Position numbers and translations under genes: made by a program. A DNA stretch of 64,000 nt from Candidatus Krumholzibacteriia bacterium (lineage in GTDB: Bacteria; Krumholzibacteriota; Krumholzibacteriia; JAJRXK01), in contig JBGPIA010000007.1 in assembly GCA_041484665.1 (NCBI GenBank), positions 132,003 to 196,002 on the forward strand, in the 5' to 3' direction. The notes beneath the pieces were generated by a model that saw only the letters and a list, made by a program, of their open reading frames with translations, was not told the DNA's origin and did not search any database. Each line of letters starts with the position of its first letter. Position 1 is the stretch's first letter. Below, in pieces: positions 27,911 to 38,200 of this stretch.

Positions 27911-29827
27911 TTGAAGAACGGGCGATCGAAGACTACGCGTGGCAACCGTGACGACCGCGGCAGCCGTGCCGGCCACCGTGACCGTGACGACCGCAAGCGC
28001 CCGCCCAAGCGCTGGCAGCCTGGCACGTTTCCGGGGAAGCCGGCCGGGGGGCGGGGAGGCGCCCGGCCGGGGACAGCCTCCCCATCCGCCGCGGGCACGG
28101 ACTTGCCCGATCCCACGATCGTGTTCGAGGACGATGACGTGCTGGTGATCGACAAACCGGCGGGCGTGCTCAGCGCCACGCCGCCCAGCTCCGACGAGCC
28201 TAGCGCGTTCAACTTCGTGAAGCGCCACACAGGCCCGCGGCCGCGCAAGGGGCCGGCGCGTGCGTTCATCATCCACCGCCTCGACCGCGACGCATCGGGC
28301 CTGCTGGTGTTTGCCAAGAACGAGCGGGCCTTCCGCTGGCTCAAGGAGGACTTCCGCGCCAAGCGCGTGCATCGGTTGTACCTGGCACTGGTCGAGGGAG
28401 AGCTGCGCGATCCAGCCGGCCGACTGGCCGAGGGCGCCATGCAAGGTTTCCTGCACGAGCGGCCCGATGGCCGCGTGGTGAGCCTCCCGAAGCAGGAGTT
28501 CCGCGAGTCCACGCGGGGCCAGAAGCCCGACGAGGCCCGGCTGGCGGTGACCTATTACACGACGCTGGCCGTGAGCGAAGGGCGCAGCCTCGTGCAGCTA
28601 CGCATGGAGACCGGCCGCAAGCACCAGATCCGCGTCCAGCTGCGCGCTCTGGGAAATCCCGTGGCCGGCGACCAGCTCTACCACGCGCAGACCGACCCGC
28701 TGCGACGGCTTTGCCTGCACGCGGCCGAGCTGGGCTTCCGCCATCCCCGCACGGGGCAGTCCTGTGAGTTCGTGAGCCCGGCGCCGCCGGAGTTCTGGAC
28801 CCTGGCCGGCACGCAGCCGCCGCCCGGCGGCACCGGCGCTCCGTACGTGCGCAGCGAGCCGCACGGGCAGGCGCGCGAACCCGGGCTGGGGCCAGCGAGA
28901 GCGCTCGCCAGTGCTGCGGCTCCCGCCGCAGGCCCGCGGCGCCCGGCGGGCGCCGACCATCCTTCCCACGGACCCGCACGCCCGCTGACACCACCCTCCA
29001 CGCTCGACACCTCATGGGACCACGTCGCCCAGTGGTACGACGAGCTGGTCGGCGACCAGCCCAGCGACCACTATCGTGACGTGATCCTGCCGGGCGCGGT
29101 CCGCCTGCTGGGCGACGTGCGCGGCGCGCGCATCCTCGACGTGGCGTGCGGGCAGGGAATCCTGTCCCGGCACCTGGCGGAGCTCGGCGCCCGCGTGACC
29201 GGCGTCGACGCCTCGGAATCCCTGATCGCGGCAGCGCGCGCCCACGCCGGTCCGCAGGTCGAATATGTCATCGCCGACGCGCGTGCGATCGGCACGCTGC
29301 GCCACCCGAAGTTCGACGCCGCGACTTCGGTCATGGCTCTCATGAACATCGATCCGCTCGATCCGGTGCTCGCGGGCTGCGCACAGGCGCTGCGCCCGGG
29401 CGGAGCCCTCGTGATCGTGATCCTGCACCCGGCGTTCCGCGCGCCGCGGCAAACGGCATGGGGGTTCGAGACGACCAGGCGGACGGTCATCCCGGGCACG
29501 CGCCCGGGACACGGTGGCACGAAAGGGCATGCAAAGGTCCGCCAGTACCGCCGCGTCGACGGCTATCTCTCGGCGGGCCAGTTCGAGATCGTCATGAACC
29601 CGGGAGAGGCAGCCCGCGGCAAGCCCAAGGTCACGACCTGGACCTTCCACCGTCCGCTGCAGACGTACGTGAAGACTCTGCACGCGGCGGGGTTCGTGAT
29701 CGAGGCGCTGGAGGAGTGGCCGAGCCTGCGCCGCAGCGCGCCGGGCCCGCGGGCCACCGAGGAGAACCGTGCGCGCCGGGAGATCCCGCTGTTCCTGGGG
29801 ATGCGCGCGGTGTTGGTGGCGGGGTAG
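27911..29827 (+). CDS. RluA-family pseudouridine synthase fused to a class I SAM methyltransferase
   Basis: VIDKPAG, HRLDRDASG, ETGRKHQIRVQL and LCLHAAEL, then a Pro/Ala linker, then ILDVACGQG and GVDAS. Start uncertain (TTG 27911 after AGGAG). Confidence 0.85.
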   Translation: MKNGRSKTTRGNRDDRGSRAGHRDRDDRKRPPKRWQPGTFPGKPAGGRGGARPGTASPSAAGTDLPDPTIVFEDDDVLVIDKPAGVLSATPPSSDEPSAFNFVKRHTGPRPRKGPARAFIIHRLDRDASGLLVFAKNERAFRWLKEDFRAKRVHRLYLALVEGELRDPAGRLAEGAMQGFLHERPDGRVVSLPKQEFRESTRGQKPDEARLAVTYYTTLAVSEGRSLVQLRMETGRKHQIRVQLRALGNPVAGDQLYHAQTDPLRRLCLHAAELGFRHPRTGQSCEFVSPAPPEFWTLAGTQPPPGGTGAPYVRSEPHGQAREPGLGPARALASAAAPAAGPRRPAGADHPSHGPARPLTPPSTLDTSWDHVAQWYDELVGDQPSDHYRDVILPGAVRLLGDVRGARILDVACGQGILSRHLAELGARVTGVDASESLIAAARAHAGPQVEYVIADARAIGTLRHPKFDAATSVMALMNIDPLDPVLAGCAQALRPGGALVIVILHPAFRAPRQTAWGFETTRRTVIPGTRPGHGGTKGHAKVRQYRRVDGYLSAGQFEIVMNPGEAARGKPKVTTWTFHRPLQTYVKTLHAAGFVIEALEEWPSLRRSAPGPRATEENRARREIPLFLGMRAVLVAG

Positions 29828-29828
29828 C

Positions 29829-29905
29829 CGCGCCCGGTCGCCCGCGGTCGCCCCCGGTCGCCCCCGGTCGCGCCGGTCGCGCCGGTCGTGCCGGTGGTGC
29901 CGATC
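29829..29905. repeat. 9-10 bp degenerate tandem repeat (cccggtcgc-like units)
   Basis: About 7 successive cggtcg-containing units between convergent genes. Confidence 0.75.
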
Positions 29906-29969
29906 GCGTCCGTCGCGCTGTCCGCACCGTCCGCAGCGGCGGTGCCGACCGCTTTCGCCACACCAGCGA

Positions 29970-30353
29970 TCACAGCGCCGTCAGCGCCCGGTGCCCCACC
30001 CACACCGCCGCGAGGCCCAAGGCGTTGGTCAGAAGCACGTAGCCCACCGCATGCGTCCACTGCGCGCCCTGCAAGAGTCGCAGCGTCTCCAGCCCGAACG
30101 ACGAAAACGTGGTGAACCCGCCGAGCACGCCGACCATCAGAACCACGCGCAGCGTCGGTGACAGCAGTCCGCCGCGATCGAGATAGCCGGTCAGCGCACC
30201 GATCACCAGGCAGCCGCTGACGTTGATCAGCAGCGTCTCCCACGGAAACGTGCTCCCCGTAGCGCGCGCGAGCCAGCCTCCCAGCGTGTACCGCAAGAGT
30301 GTTCCCACCGCGCCGCCCGCGGCAAGCCACAGCCAACCCGACGGCCCACTCAT
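29970..30353 (-). CDS. crcB: Fluoride efflux channel Fluc/CrcB
   Basis: GGAVGTLLRY, FPWETLLINVSG and GGFTTFSSF. Confidence 0.95.
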   Translation of the reverse strand: MSGPSGWLWLAAGGAVGTLLRYTLGGWLARATGSTFPWETLLINVSGCLVIGALTGYLDRGGLLSPTLRVVLMVGVLGGFTTFSSFGLETLRLLQGAQWTHAVGYVLLTNALGLAAVWVGHRALTAL

Positions 30354-30736
30354 GACGCAGTCCCCTGCCCGCCCGGCCGGGCACCCCAGTTGCCGGCTGG
30401 CCCCCTGTCGCCCACGTAGCGGATCACGCGCGCGCGCTCCAGCGTCACCAGCCCACCGGTCACGACCGATTCGAGCCACGGCAACAGGGTCTGGATCTTC
30501 TCCTCGCTGTCCACGATCTCCACCACCACGGGCAGGTCCTCCGAGAGCCGTAGGATCTTCGCCGTGTGCAGGCGCGAGTTGCGGCCGTAGCTCATGACTC
30601 CACGCACGACCGTCGCGCCGGCCAGGTGGAGCTCGCGCGCCTTGAGCACGATCGCCTCGTAGAGCGGATGCCCGCCGAGACGGTCGCTCTCGCCAACGAA
30701 GATGCGCAGGAGGGTTCCCTCCTCGGGGATCTGCAT
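30350..30736 (-). CDS. DUF190 (PII-like) protein
   Basis: LLRIFVGESD, AGATVVRG and LRLSEDLPVVVEIVD; usual crcB neighbour, ATGA overlap. Confidence 0.92.
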   Translation of the reverse strand: MQIPEEGTLLRIFVGESDRLGGHPLYEAIVLKARELHLAGATVVRGVMSYGRNSRLHTAKILRLSEDLPVVVEIVDSEEKIQTLLPWLESVVTGGLVTLERARVIRYVGDRGPAGNWGARPGGQGTAS

Positions 30737-30814
30737 GATGACCTCCCATACGATCGGTCTAGGCGTCTCGGCCAGCGCGGCCGTGGGCGCGGTGGTCGTG
30801 GGGCTGCTCCCGGC

Positions 30815-30838
30815 GCGGTAAGCACAATGTGATTACGG
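30815..30838 (+). promoter_or_regulatory. 24-bp palindromic element, copy 2
   Basis: GCGGTAAGCACAATGTGATTACGG; one mismatch to the reverse complement of 22314-22337. Confidence 0.55.
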
Positions 30839-31054
30839 CCCGGGGCGAGATGATAGCGATGGAGGCCGCCGGCGGCGATGACTGCCCTGCGGCGACCCGC
30901 GGCGACGCGTAGCGGCCCGCGGCGACCCGCAGCGCGCCCAAGGCCAGCGGCTGCCGTGCTTCGCCAGAGTCTGCTAAACTGGGCCCAGCGCCTCCCTCCT
31001 CGGCGCCCCCGCAGCAGCGGTTCGACAGCCCGCGCCATCCACGAGGTCCAGACC

Positions 31055-33025
31055 GTGCCCGACAGCCTCCCCGCTCCCGACAGCCCCCGGCGGGCCTGCT
31101 CGGCGATTCCTCCCCTTGCTTCCAGATCCGCTTCCAGATCGGCCAGGCGTCCCACTCGCCTGACCCGTCTGGGTCGGACGCGCCTGGGGCTGACGCGCTC
31201 GGCAGCGGCGCTCGGCCTGGTCGCCGCCGCGTGCGGCGCGGCGCAGGCGATCAGTCTGCCCATCCAGCTCGACGGTGACTTCGACGACTGGACGCCCGCC
31301 GCCCAGGTCGCCAGCGACCCGGCGGGTGACGCGGGCGCTTCGGTGGTCGACTTCACCAGTCTCTTCATCGCCAATGACGAGAATCTGGTCTTCCTGCGCT
31401 TCAACACCACCGCCGAGGTCCAGCCCGACGAGAACCAATCCATCACCCTCTACCTGGACACCGATATGAACGCCGCCACTGGGCTGGCCTTCAATGGCGT
31501 CGGCGCCGACCTGGTCTGGAACCTCGGCGCGCGCAACGGGACCTTCTATACGCCCGCGGCGACGTCGGTGGGACAGGCCGCCGTCGGATTGCTGATCCAC
31601 CCCACCGTGAGCGCGACGGAGTTCGAGCTGGGCTTTCCACGCAACGCCGTGCCCGCCGCTGGCAAGGCGTTGTTCCCCGGGGCGTCCTTCCGGCTGATCC
31701 TGCGCGGCACCGCCACCGGCGGCGACCTCTTCCCCAACAGTGGGAGCATCACGTACACGTTCGCTCTCGGCACGCAGACGCCGCCCAGCCTGGCGCTCTC
31801 CAGGCAGGACCCCACCCACGTGCGCGTGGCGTCGTACAACGTCCAGAACGACGGGCTGTTCGATAGCGCGGGGCAGGCGGCGCTTGGCCGCCTCTTCAAC
31901 GCGATCGACGCCGACGTCTGGGTGATCTGCGAGGTGTGGAACCACACCGCTGCCGACGTGGCCGCCAAGCTCGAGCAGCTCCATCCCCCTGGGTCCGGGC
32001 GCAGCTGGGCCACCGTGAAACAGGACGACGGCAACGTGATCGCGAGCCGCTTCCCCATCCTGCAGTCGTGGGCGATCTTCCCCCAGCACCGCTTGAGTGC
32101 GGCACTGATCGACCTCTACCCGGCGCAGGAGCGCGACCTGCTGGTGGTTGCCAACCACTGGCGCTGCTGCACCGCGGACGCCGAGCGTCAGGACGAGGCC
32201 GACGCGCTGGTAGCGTTCCTGCGCGATGCGCGCACGCCAGGCGGCGTGATCACCCTGCCCCAGGACACTCCCATGGTCGCCTGCGGCGACTTCAACCTGG
32301 TGGGGCTGCGCCAGCAGCTGATGACGGCGCTCACCGGTGACATCGCGGACAACGTGAGCTGGGGACCGGACTCCCCGCCCGATTGGGACGGCTCGAGCTT
32401 CGATGTGGCGCGCTCGCGCCACCCCGACGCGCGGCTGACCTACACGTGGCGGAACGACTCGGGCACCTTCTACCCCGGACGCTTGGACTGGATGCTCTAC
32501 ACGGGCAGCGTCGCCGGCCTCGGGACGCACTTCGTGCTCGAGACGCTCACCATGGCGCCCGCGACCCTGGCCGCCTATGGCCTTGCGGCCAGCGACCGGC
32601 CCACCGCCAGTGACCACTCGCCCAACGTGGCCGACTTCGGTCCGCCGGTGCAGGTCGCCGCGCCGCCCGTGCGGCTGGCCACGGCCGTGGCGCGGCTGCT
32701 GCCCAACGTGCCCAATCCATTCAATCCGAGCACGGAGATCCGGTTCGCGACGACGGCGCGCGCGCGCGTGCAGGTCGCCGTCTACGATGTGCGAGGCCGC
32801 CCTGTGCGCGCGCTGCTCGACATGGCCGTGGAGGAGGGCGAGCACGCGGTCCGCTGGGACGGCCGCGACGGGGCTGGCCAGCGCCTGCCGTCGGGGGTGT
32901 ACGAGACGCGCCTGCGGTGGCAGCGGATGGACCGGGCCGACGCCGCCCGGGACGCAGCGGACACAACGGCGGGGGCCCCTCGCATGACCGGAACCGCAAC
33001 GCGCTCGATCGTGCTGGTGCAGTAG
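31055..33025 (+). CDS. Secreted endonuclease/exonuclease/phosphatase-family protein with C-terminal FlgD-Ig/T9SS-like domain
   Basis: Signal peptide ending AQA. LDGDFDDW N-domain, RVASYNV, ACGDFN, GRLDWMLY, ASDHSP, then PNPFNPSTEIRF...VYDVRGR...WDGRD...PSGVY. Confidence 0.85.
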   Translation: MPDSLPAPDSPRRACSAIPPLASRSASRSARRPTRLTRLGRTRLGLTRSAAALGLVAAACGAAQAISLPIQLDGDFDDWTPAAQVASDPAGDAGASVVDFTSLFIANDENLVFLRFNTTAEVQPDENQSITLYLDTDMNAATGLAFNGVGADLVWNLGARNGTFYTPAATSVGQAAVGLLIHPTVSATEFELGFPRNAVPAAGKALFPGASFRLILRGTATGGDLFPNSGSITYTFALGTQTPPSLALSRQDPTHVRVASYNVQNDGLFDSAGQAALGRLFNAIDADVWVICEVWNHTAADVAAKLEQLHPPGSGRSWATVKQDDGNVIASRFPILQSWAIFPQHRLSAALIDLYPAQERDLLVVANHWRCCTADAERQDEADALVAFLRDARTPGGVITLPQDTPMVACGDFNLVGLRQQLMTALTGDIADNVSWGPDSPPDWDGSSFDVARSRHPDARLTYTWRNDSGTFYPGRLDWMLYTGSVAGLGTHFVLETLTMAPATLAAYGLAASDRPTASDHSPNVADFGPPVQVAAPPVRLATAVARLLPNVPNPFNPSTEIRFATTARARVQVAVYDVRGRPVRALLDMAVEEGEHAVRWDGRDGAGQRLPSGVYETRLRWQRMDRADAARDAADTTAGAPRMTGTATRSIVLVQ

Positions 33026-33086
33026 TGCGGGCGGCCTGGCGTGGGTCCGCGAGCGTCGGAACCCAAGCGTCGGCCAGGCCGGATGC

Positions 33087-33122
33087 GAAGAGGCCCGCCC
33101 CCATTTGGGAGCGGGCCTCTTC
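33087..33122. terminator. Hairpin between convergent genes (likely intrinsic terminator)
   Basis: Perfect 12-bp inverted repeat GAAGAGGCCCGC...GCGGGCCTCTTC; U-tail is weak. Confidence 0.6.
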
Positions 33123-33179
33123 CCTTGGAGCTCCGGAAGCTCCGTCGGTCGTTGCGGCGTTGAGGAACCCTCCGCTGGG

Positions 33180-33821
33180 CTACTCCGACTTGGTCGCGGG
33201 CGCCTCGCTGGGCGTCGTATTCATCGCGACCTCGATCTTCTTGGCATAGCCGTCGAGCACCTGCGAGTCGTCGCTCTGCACCAGCACGAGCACGCCGTTG
33301 CTGACGGCGGCCATCTGGACCTTGCAGTGCTCGTTGGCGGCCATCTCACGGGTGATCGGGCAGCCGAAGCTGGCACAGCCGTTCTGCGCCTGGATCGCCA
33401 GATACTTGGCTGCAGCCTCGGTCTTGCCCGTGTACAGCACGGCCATCATGCCCGAGGGCATCCGGACGGCCTCGATGTCGATGTCGGAGGGGGAGATGTT
33501 GGCGGCCATGGCGGCAGCCGCCGCGGGGCAGCCGGCGCCTGCGGTCATTGCGGCGCCGTGACTGCAACCCACGCCGCCCACGGACGCCGTCGTCGCGGTG
33601 GCGTGGGGGCAGACCGTGCCGGTAACGCTGGCGGTCGTCACCGTCGCGCTGGTCGTGACGGCGGCGGTCGCGGTGGCACCCTTGGCGCAACAGCCCACGC
33701 CGGCCGCAGCGGTGGAAGCGGTCTTGTTCTTGTCGCAGTTCACGCCCGCGTAGGCGACGGTCAGGCCCGCGAGCAGGCCTAGACACAGGGCGCTCACGGC
33801 CAGGATCTTGAGGGTCTTCAT
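33180..33821 (-). CDS. Secreted Cys/Ala/Thr-rich hypothetical protein
   Basis: Signal peptide (AYA), GAGGAG RBS, and spaced GCC, CPH, CSH and GCP motifs. Confidence 0.75.
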   Translation of the reverse strand: MKTLKILAVSALCLGLLAGLTVAYAGVNCDKNKTASTAAAGVGCCAKGATATAAVTTSATVTTASVTGTVCPHATATTASVGGVGCSHGAAMTAGAGCPAAAAAMAANISPSDIDIEAVRMPSGMMAVLYTGKTEAAAKYLAIQAQNGCASFGCPITREMAANEHCKVQMAAVSNGVLVLVQSDDSQVLDGYAKKIEVAMNTTPSEAPATKSE

Positions 33822-33964
33822 CGAGCGGTCCTCCTCGTGGTTCGGATGCAGGATAGGGTCGGTCCAAGCAGGGGGGCCATAGGACTGCCCGGGCCCACCG
33901 AGGAGGGCAAACTCGCCCCTCGCCTCGGGCTCGGCACATAATCTACCGGTGGGGGCGCCGGCGA

Positions 33965-33994
33965 GTTGTCACAAGAGTGCAAGAATAGTGTCAA
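33965..33994 (-). promoter_or_regulatory. Possible sigma70 promoter for the Cys-rich gene
   Basis: Perfect TTGACA (33989-33994, minus strand) in an AT-rich patch; -10 element is poor. Confidence 0.3.
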
Positions 33995-34156
33995 CCCGAG
34001 CAAGGACTTCCAGCGTTGGCCGCCTGCGTCCGGCGATGGAGCGGACGCGGGCGAGCTGCTACAGCGGCTTGGCAGCGGTGAGGCAGCCCGCCGCAACGGC
34101 GTGGCGGCGGCGCCCGCAGCGGGTCGGCAGCGCCGCAACCCACCGCACTCCCCCCC

Positions 34157-34876
34157 TCAGCTACGCCGCGCGACCACGAGCTGGGCCACGCCGAAGGTCT
34201 GCGGCCGCGTCGACATATCAGATCCTAAACCGTTTTTTTGCAATGAGTTACAGAACTCTTCCAGGCTGAGGAACCGACGCATGGAACACGACAGGTACCC
34301 GTAGGCTCCCCCGTCGCCGCCGGCCAACTTGCCCAAGAGCGGCACACCTCGCCGCAGGTACAGCTCAAGGGGTACTGCCACCCAGCGGCGTCTGGCCCGG
34401 AAGAACTCCAGCACGAGCAGCTGCCCGCCAGGGCGCAGCACGCGCCGCAGCTCGCTCAGGCCACAGTCGAGGTCCCCCAGATTGCGCAGACCGAAGGCGA
34501 CCATCGCCGCATCGAAGCTGGCGTCGCAGAACGGCAGGCGCTGCGTGTCGGCGGCCACGACCGCTGCCTGCGCTCCCAATGCGTGGTCGCGAGCGCCCGC
34601 CTGCAACATGGGCAGGCAAAAGTCAGCCGCCACGTGACGCGTGCCCCGGCCCATGGCCCGGGCCGTGAGGATCAGCTCGCCCGTTCCACAGCAGGCGTCC
34701 AGCAGGTCGCGCGCGGACGGGTCGATGGCGCGCGCGAGGCTGCGCCGCCAGGCCGCGTCACGGCCCAAACTAAGGAGCCCGTTGAGCCGGTCGTAGACTC
34801 CGGCAATCCCGGCGAACATGTCCCGGATCGCGCGGTCGTGCTCGGGCGGGGGTTGCAGCGTCGTGTTGCGCGCCAT
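34157..34876 (-). CDS. menG: UbiE/MenG-family (demethylmenaquinone) methyltransferase
   Basis: MFAGIAGVYDRLNGLLSLGRD..WR, LLDACCGTG, AFGLRN and VLEF. Confidence 0.88.
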   Translation of the reverse strand: MARNTTLQPPPEHDRAIRDMFAGIAGVYDRLNGLLSLGRDAAWRRSLARAIDPSARDLLDACCGTGELILTARAMGRGTRHVAADFCLPMLQAGARDHALGAQAAVVAADTQRLPFCDASFDAAMVAFGLRNLGDLDCGLSELRRVLRPGGQLLVLEFFRARRRWVAVPLELYLRRGVPLLGKLAGGDGGAYGYLSCSMRRFLSLEEFCNSLQKNGLGSDMSTRPQTFGVAQLVVARRS

Positions 34877-35284
34877 GCGTCATGCATAGCAGCGGCGCGC
34901 CCCGCGCTCAAGGCAACCGATCGGACGGGGCGCGGTGAGCGCGGGCGGAGGAGGCGAGTGGAGCCATGGCAGGGATGGAAAAGGAACGGCGGGGATCCCC
35001 CCAGTCGGGACCCCCGCCGGTAGCCGTCTGTCGCGGATCGCAGCAGGCATTTGCCGGGGCGTGGATTCTCCCGTGCGAGGGCCCCGGCGGACGCCCCTGC
35101 GACGGCCACGGCAGCCCGCCGTCGGAGAGCTGCGCCGGGGGTGGCTGCGCCTGCGCACTGGCACCGGGGTTCCGCCCTGCCGTACCATCGTACGGATGAG
35201 GTCGACGCTTGCTGCGGGGGCCCACGCCAAACAAGCCCCGCTTCGCCCGGGCCCTGCGCCCGGGGCATCGCCGTCTCCGCCGCC

Positions 35285-38200
35285 ATGTCGCCCACGCTGC
35301 CGCCACGTTTCCTGGTGCTCGCGAGCCTGCTCGCGCTCGCCGCGGCGTGCACACCCGCCGCCGTAGTGCGTGCCCAATCCAGCCTGCCGCTCGCGCGCAC
35401 TCCCGCCACCGGGCAACCCCAGCCGGCGCCGACGACGGCGCCCACCACAGCGCCCACCCCAGCGCCCGTTCCCGCGCCCGCGCTGGAGCTTGCGCCAGCC
35501 GCGCAGCAGGCCGAGCCGCCCGCTTCGCTGGACACCGTGCGCAGCCTGATCAAGGCGGGGCGCTACGCCGACGCGGAGGCCATCGCTCGCCAGCTGCTGC
35601 AGCAGGCGGAGGCGGATCAGGGCCCACAGTCGCTGCCGGTAGCGCGCGCGCTGGACCTGCTCAGCGAGGCGCTCTGGCGCGCGGGCAAAGCGGCCGACTC
35701 GGGCGCGCGCACGATGGCCGAGCGTGCCGTCCGCATCAAGGAGCAGACGCTCGGTCAAGGCGATCCCGAGCTGGCGCGCAGCCTCACCAACCTGGGAGGC
35801 TTGCTGCGGCAGCTCGGCGAGTACCCGGCGGCCCGGCAGGCCTACGAGCGCGCCGTGCAGATCCAGGAGAGCGCTCTGGGGCCCCAGCATCTCGATCTCG
35901 CCACCACGCTCAACGCGCTCTCGATCCTGACGCGCGACATGGGCGAGTACGCGGCCGCGCGGCAGCTGACGGAGCGGGCGCTGCAGATCCGCGTGCGCGC
36001 TCTGGGGCCCAACCATCCCGACGTGGCCGCGAGCCTGAACTCGCTGGGCTCCGTGCTGGTCGAAGCCCACGAGCACCAGGCGGCGCGCACAGCGTACGAG
36101 CGCGCGCTGGCGATCCGGCTGCAGGCCCTGGGGCCCGACCATCCGCTCGTGGCGGTGACCCACACGGGCCTCGGCCGGGTGCTCTTCGAGCTGGGTGACT
36201 ACGCGCAGGCCATCGATCACTTCCAGCGCGCCATCGAGATCCGCGAGAAGGCCCTGGGGCCTTCGAACCCGGACCTGGCCGCGACTCTGAGCAACCTGGC
36301 GGCCATGTTGTGGATCGCCGGCGATTACGCCCGGGCCCGCCCGCTCTACGAGCGCGCGCTGGCCATCCAGGAGAAGGCGCTGGGCCCCGAGCATCCCGGC
36401 GTCACGCTGACGCTGCACAACTACGGCTCGCTGTTGCGCAGCATGGGCGACTACGCCACGGCGCGGGCGACGTTGGAGCGCGGCCTCGAGATCGAGCAGC
36501 GGACGCTCGGTGCCGCGCACCGCCAGGTGGGCGAGAGCCTCGCAAACCTCGCCGACCTGCTACTGGACATGGGCGCCCGCGACGAGGCCCGGCCGCTGCT
36601 GACGCGCGCCGTGCAGGTCTTGGAGGCTGCGGTCGGTCAGGACGATCCGCGCCTCGCCCGCGCGCTGGGCAGCATGGCGCGCTTGGAGCGCGAGGACGGG
36701 GCGCTGGCCGCCGCGCGGCCGCTGCTGGAGCGCAGCCTCCGCATCCAGCAGCGGGCCTTGGGCGGTTCCCACCCGGATGTCGCGAACACGCTGCGCCAGC
36801 TCGCGGACGTGGAGCGCGCAAGCAATGACCTCGCGGCGGCCCGGCGCGACTACGAGCGTGCCCTGGCGATCCAGGAGATCACGCTGGGTGCCAACCACCC
36901 CGCGCTCGGCAGCACGCTCGACGGCTGCGCGCTCGCCTTGGCCGGTGCCGGCGAGTTCGACACCGCGATCGCCGTCGCGCTGCGGGCCGATCAGATCGGC
37001 CGCGATCACCTCCGGCTGACGGTACGGACGCTGGCCGAGCGCGAGGCCCTGCGCTACGCGGCCGTCCGCGGCTGCGGCCTGGACCTGGCGCTGTCGCTGT
37101 GCTCGAGCGGACGCGCCGTTGCGGCGAGCCCCTCCGTGCTCGACGCGTTGATCCGCTCGCGAGCCCTGGTGCTCGACGAGATGGCGAGCCGTCACCGCAC
37201 CGTAGCCGCAACCGGCGCAGCCGACGTGGTACAGCTGGCCGAGGATCTGGCCGGCGCGCGCCAACGGCTCGCCAACCTCGCCGTGCGCGATCTGAGCACG
37301 CAGGACCCCACGAGCTACCGCAAGCTGCTCGACCTGGCCCGCGCGGAAGAGGAGCGGGCCGAACATGCCCTGGCGCAGCGCAGCGCGACGTTCCGCCAGC
37401 GGCTGGAGCAGGACCAGGTGGGGCTGCCGGAGATCATGGCCGCCCTGCCGGCCGGCAGCGCGCTCGTCTCGTACGCCCGCTACCAGCGGCAGACCCTCGA
37501 CGGCGGACCGGCTGTACCCGCCTACGCCGCGATCGTGTTGCGCGCAGACGAGAGACAACCGCAGATCGTGCCCCTCTCCGACGCCGCGACCGTGGAGGGC
37601 TTGGTGCAGCGCTGGCGCGATGAGATCGCCCGCGGCGTGGCCAGCCAGGGCGCGGCGGCCGCGTCCCTGGAGGCCGGCTGCCGCCGCGCGGGAGCGCAGC
37701 TGCGCGCTGCCATCTGGGATCCCATGGCGCCGCTGCTGGAAGGCGTCGCGCAAGTGTTCGCCGTGCCCGATGGGGCGTTGAACCTGGTCAGCCTCGCGGC
37801 GCTGCCGACTCCCGACGACAGCTCCCAACGGTATCTGGTCGACTCCGGGCCGCTCCTGCATTACCTGTCCGCCGAGCGCGACCTGGCCCGGGCAGACGCG
37901 GGGGCGGTCTCGGGCAAGGGATTGCTCGCCGTCGGCGGCCCCGAGTTCGACAGCGCCCGGCCGTTCGCAGGCCGCGTCACCGTGGCGCAGCGCCTGGGGG
38001 CGCAGGTCGCCACGGGGATCACCGCGGCCGTCTATCGCGGGCCGACCTCCTCGTGCGGGGACTTCGCGTCGCTGCGGTTCGTTCCGCTGGCGGCATCTGC
38101 GCGCGAAACAAAGGAGGTCGCAGGGCTGTGGAAGAAAGGGGCTGGCGCCGGCGCACCTGGCACGGATGACCGGCGTGAGGTCCTGCGGCTGACGGGGAGC

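Noticed and set aside
27623..28456. Long N-terminal extension on hemE, and similar extensions on hemY, Rieske and Rrf2 in the ORF track
   Set aside because: They overlap neighbouring real genes; homology begins at the downstream starts used here.
30855..30890. GCGATGGAGGCCGCC...GATGACTGCC resembles a fluoride riboswitch near DUF190-crcB
   Set aside because: It is on the plus strand, pointing away from crcB, lacks the central stem, and the pseudoknot pairing is mismatched. An Infernal search with the Rfam crcB model would settle it.
22220..30935. Short repeat clusters as possible CRISPR arrays
   Set aside because: Units are adjacent and degenerate with no unique spacers, and there are no cas genes.
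31055..33025. Evidence for a canonical type IX secretion system
   Set aside because: Only a CTD-like FlgD-Ig domain is present; no por/spr machinery is in the window.
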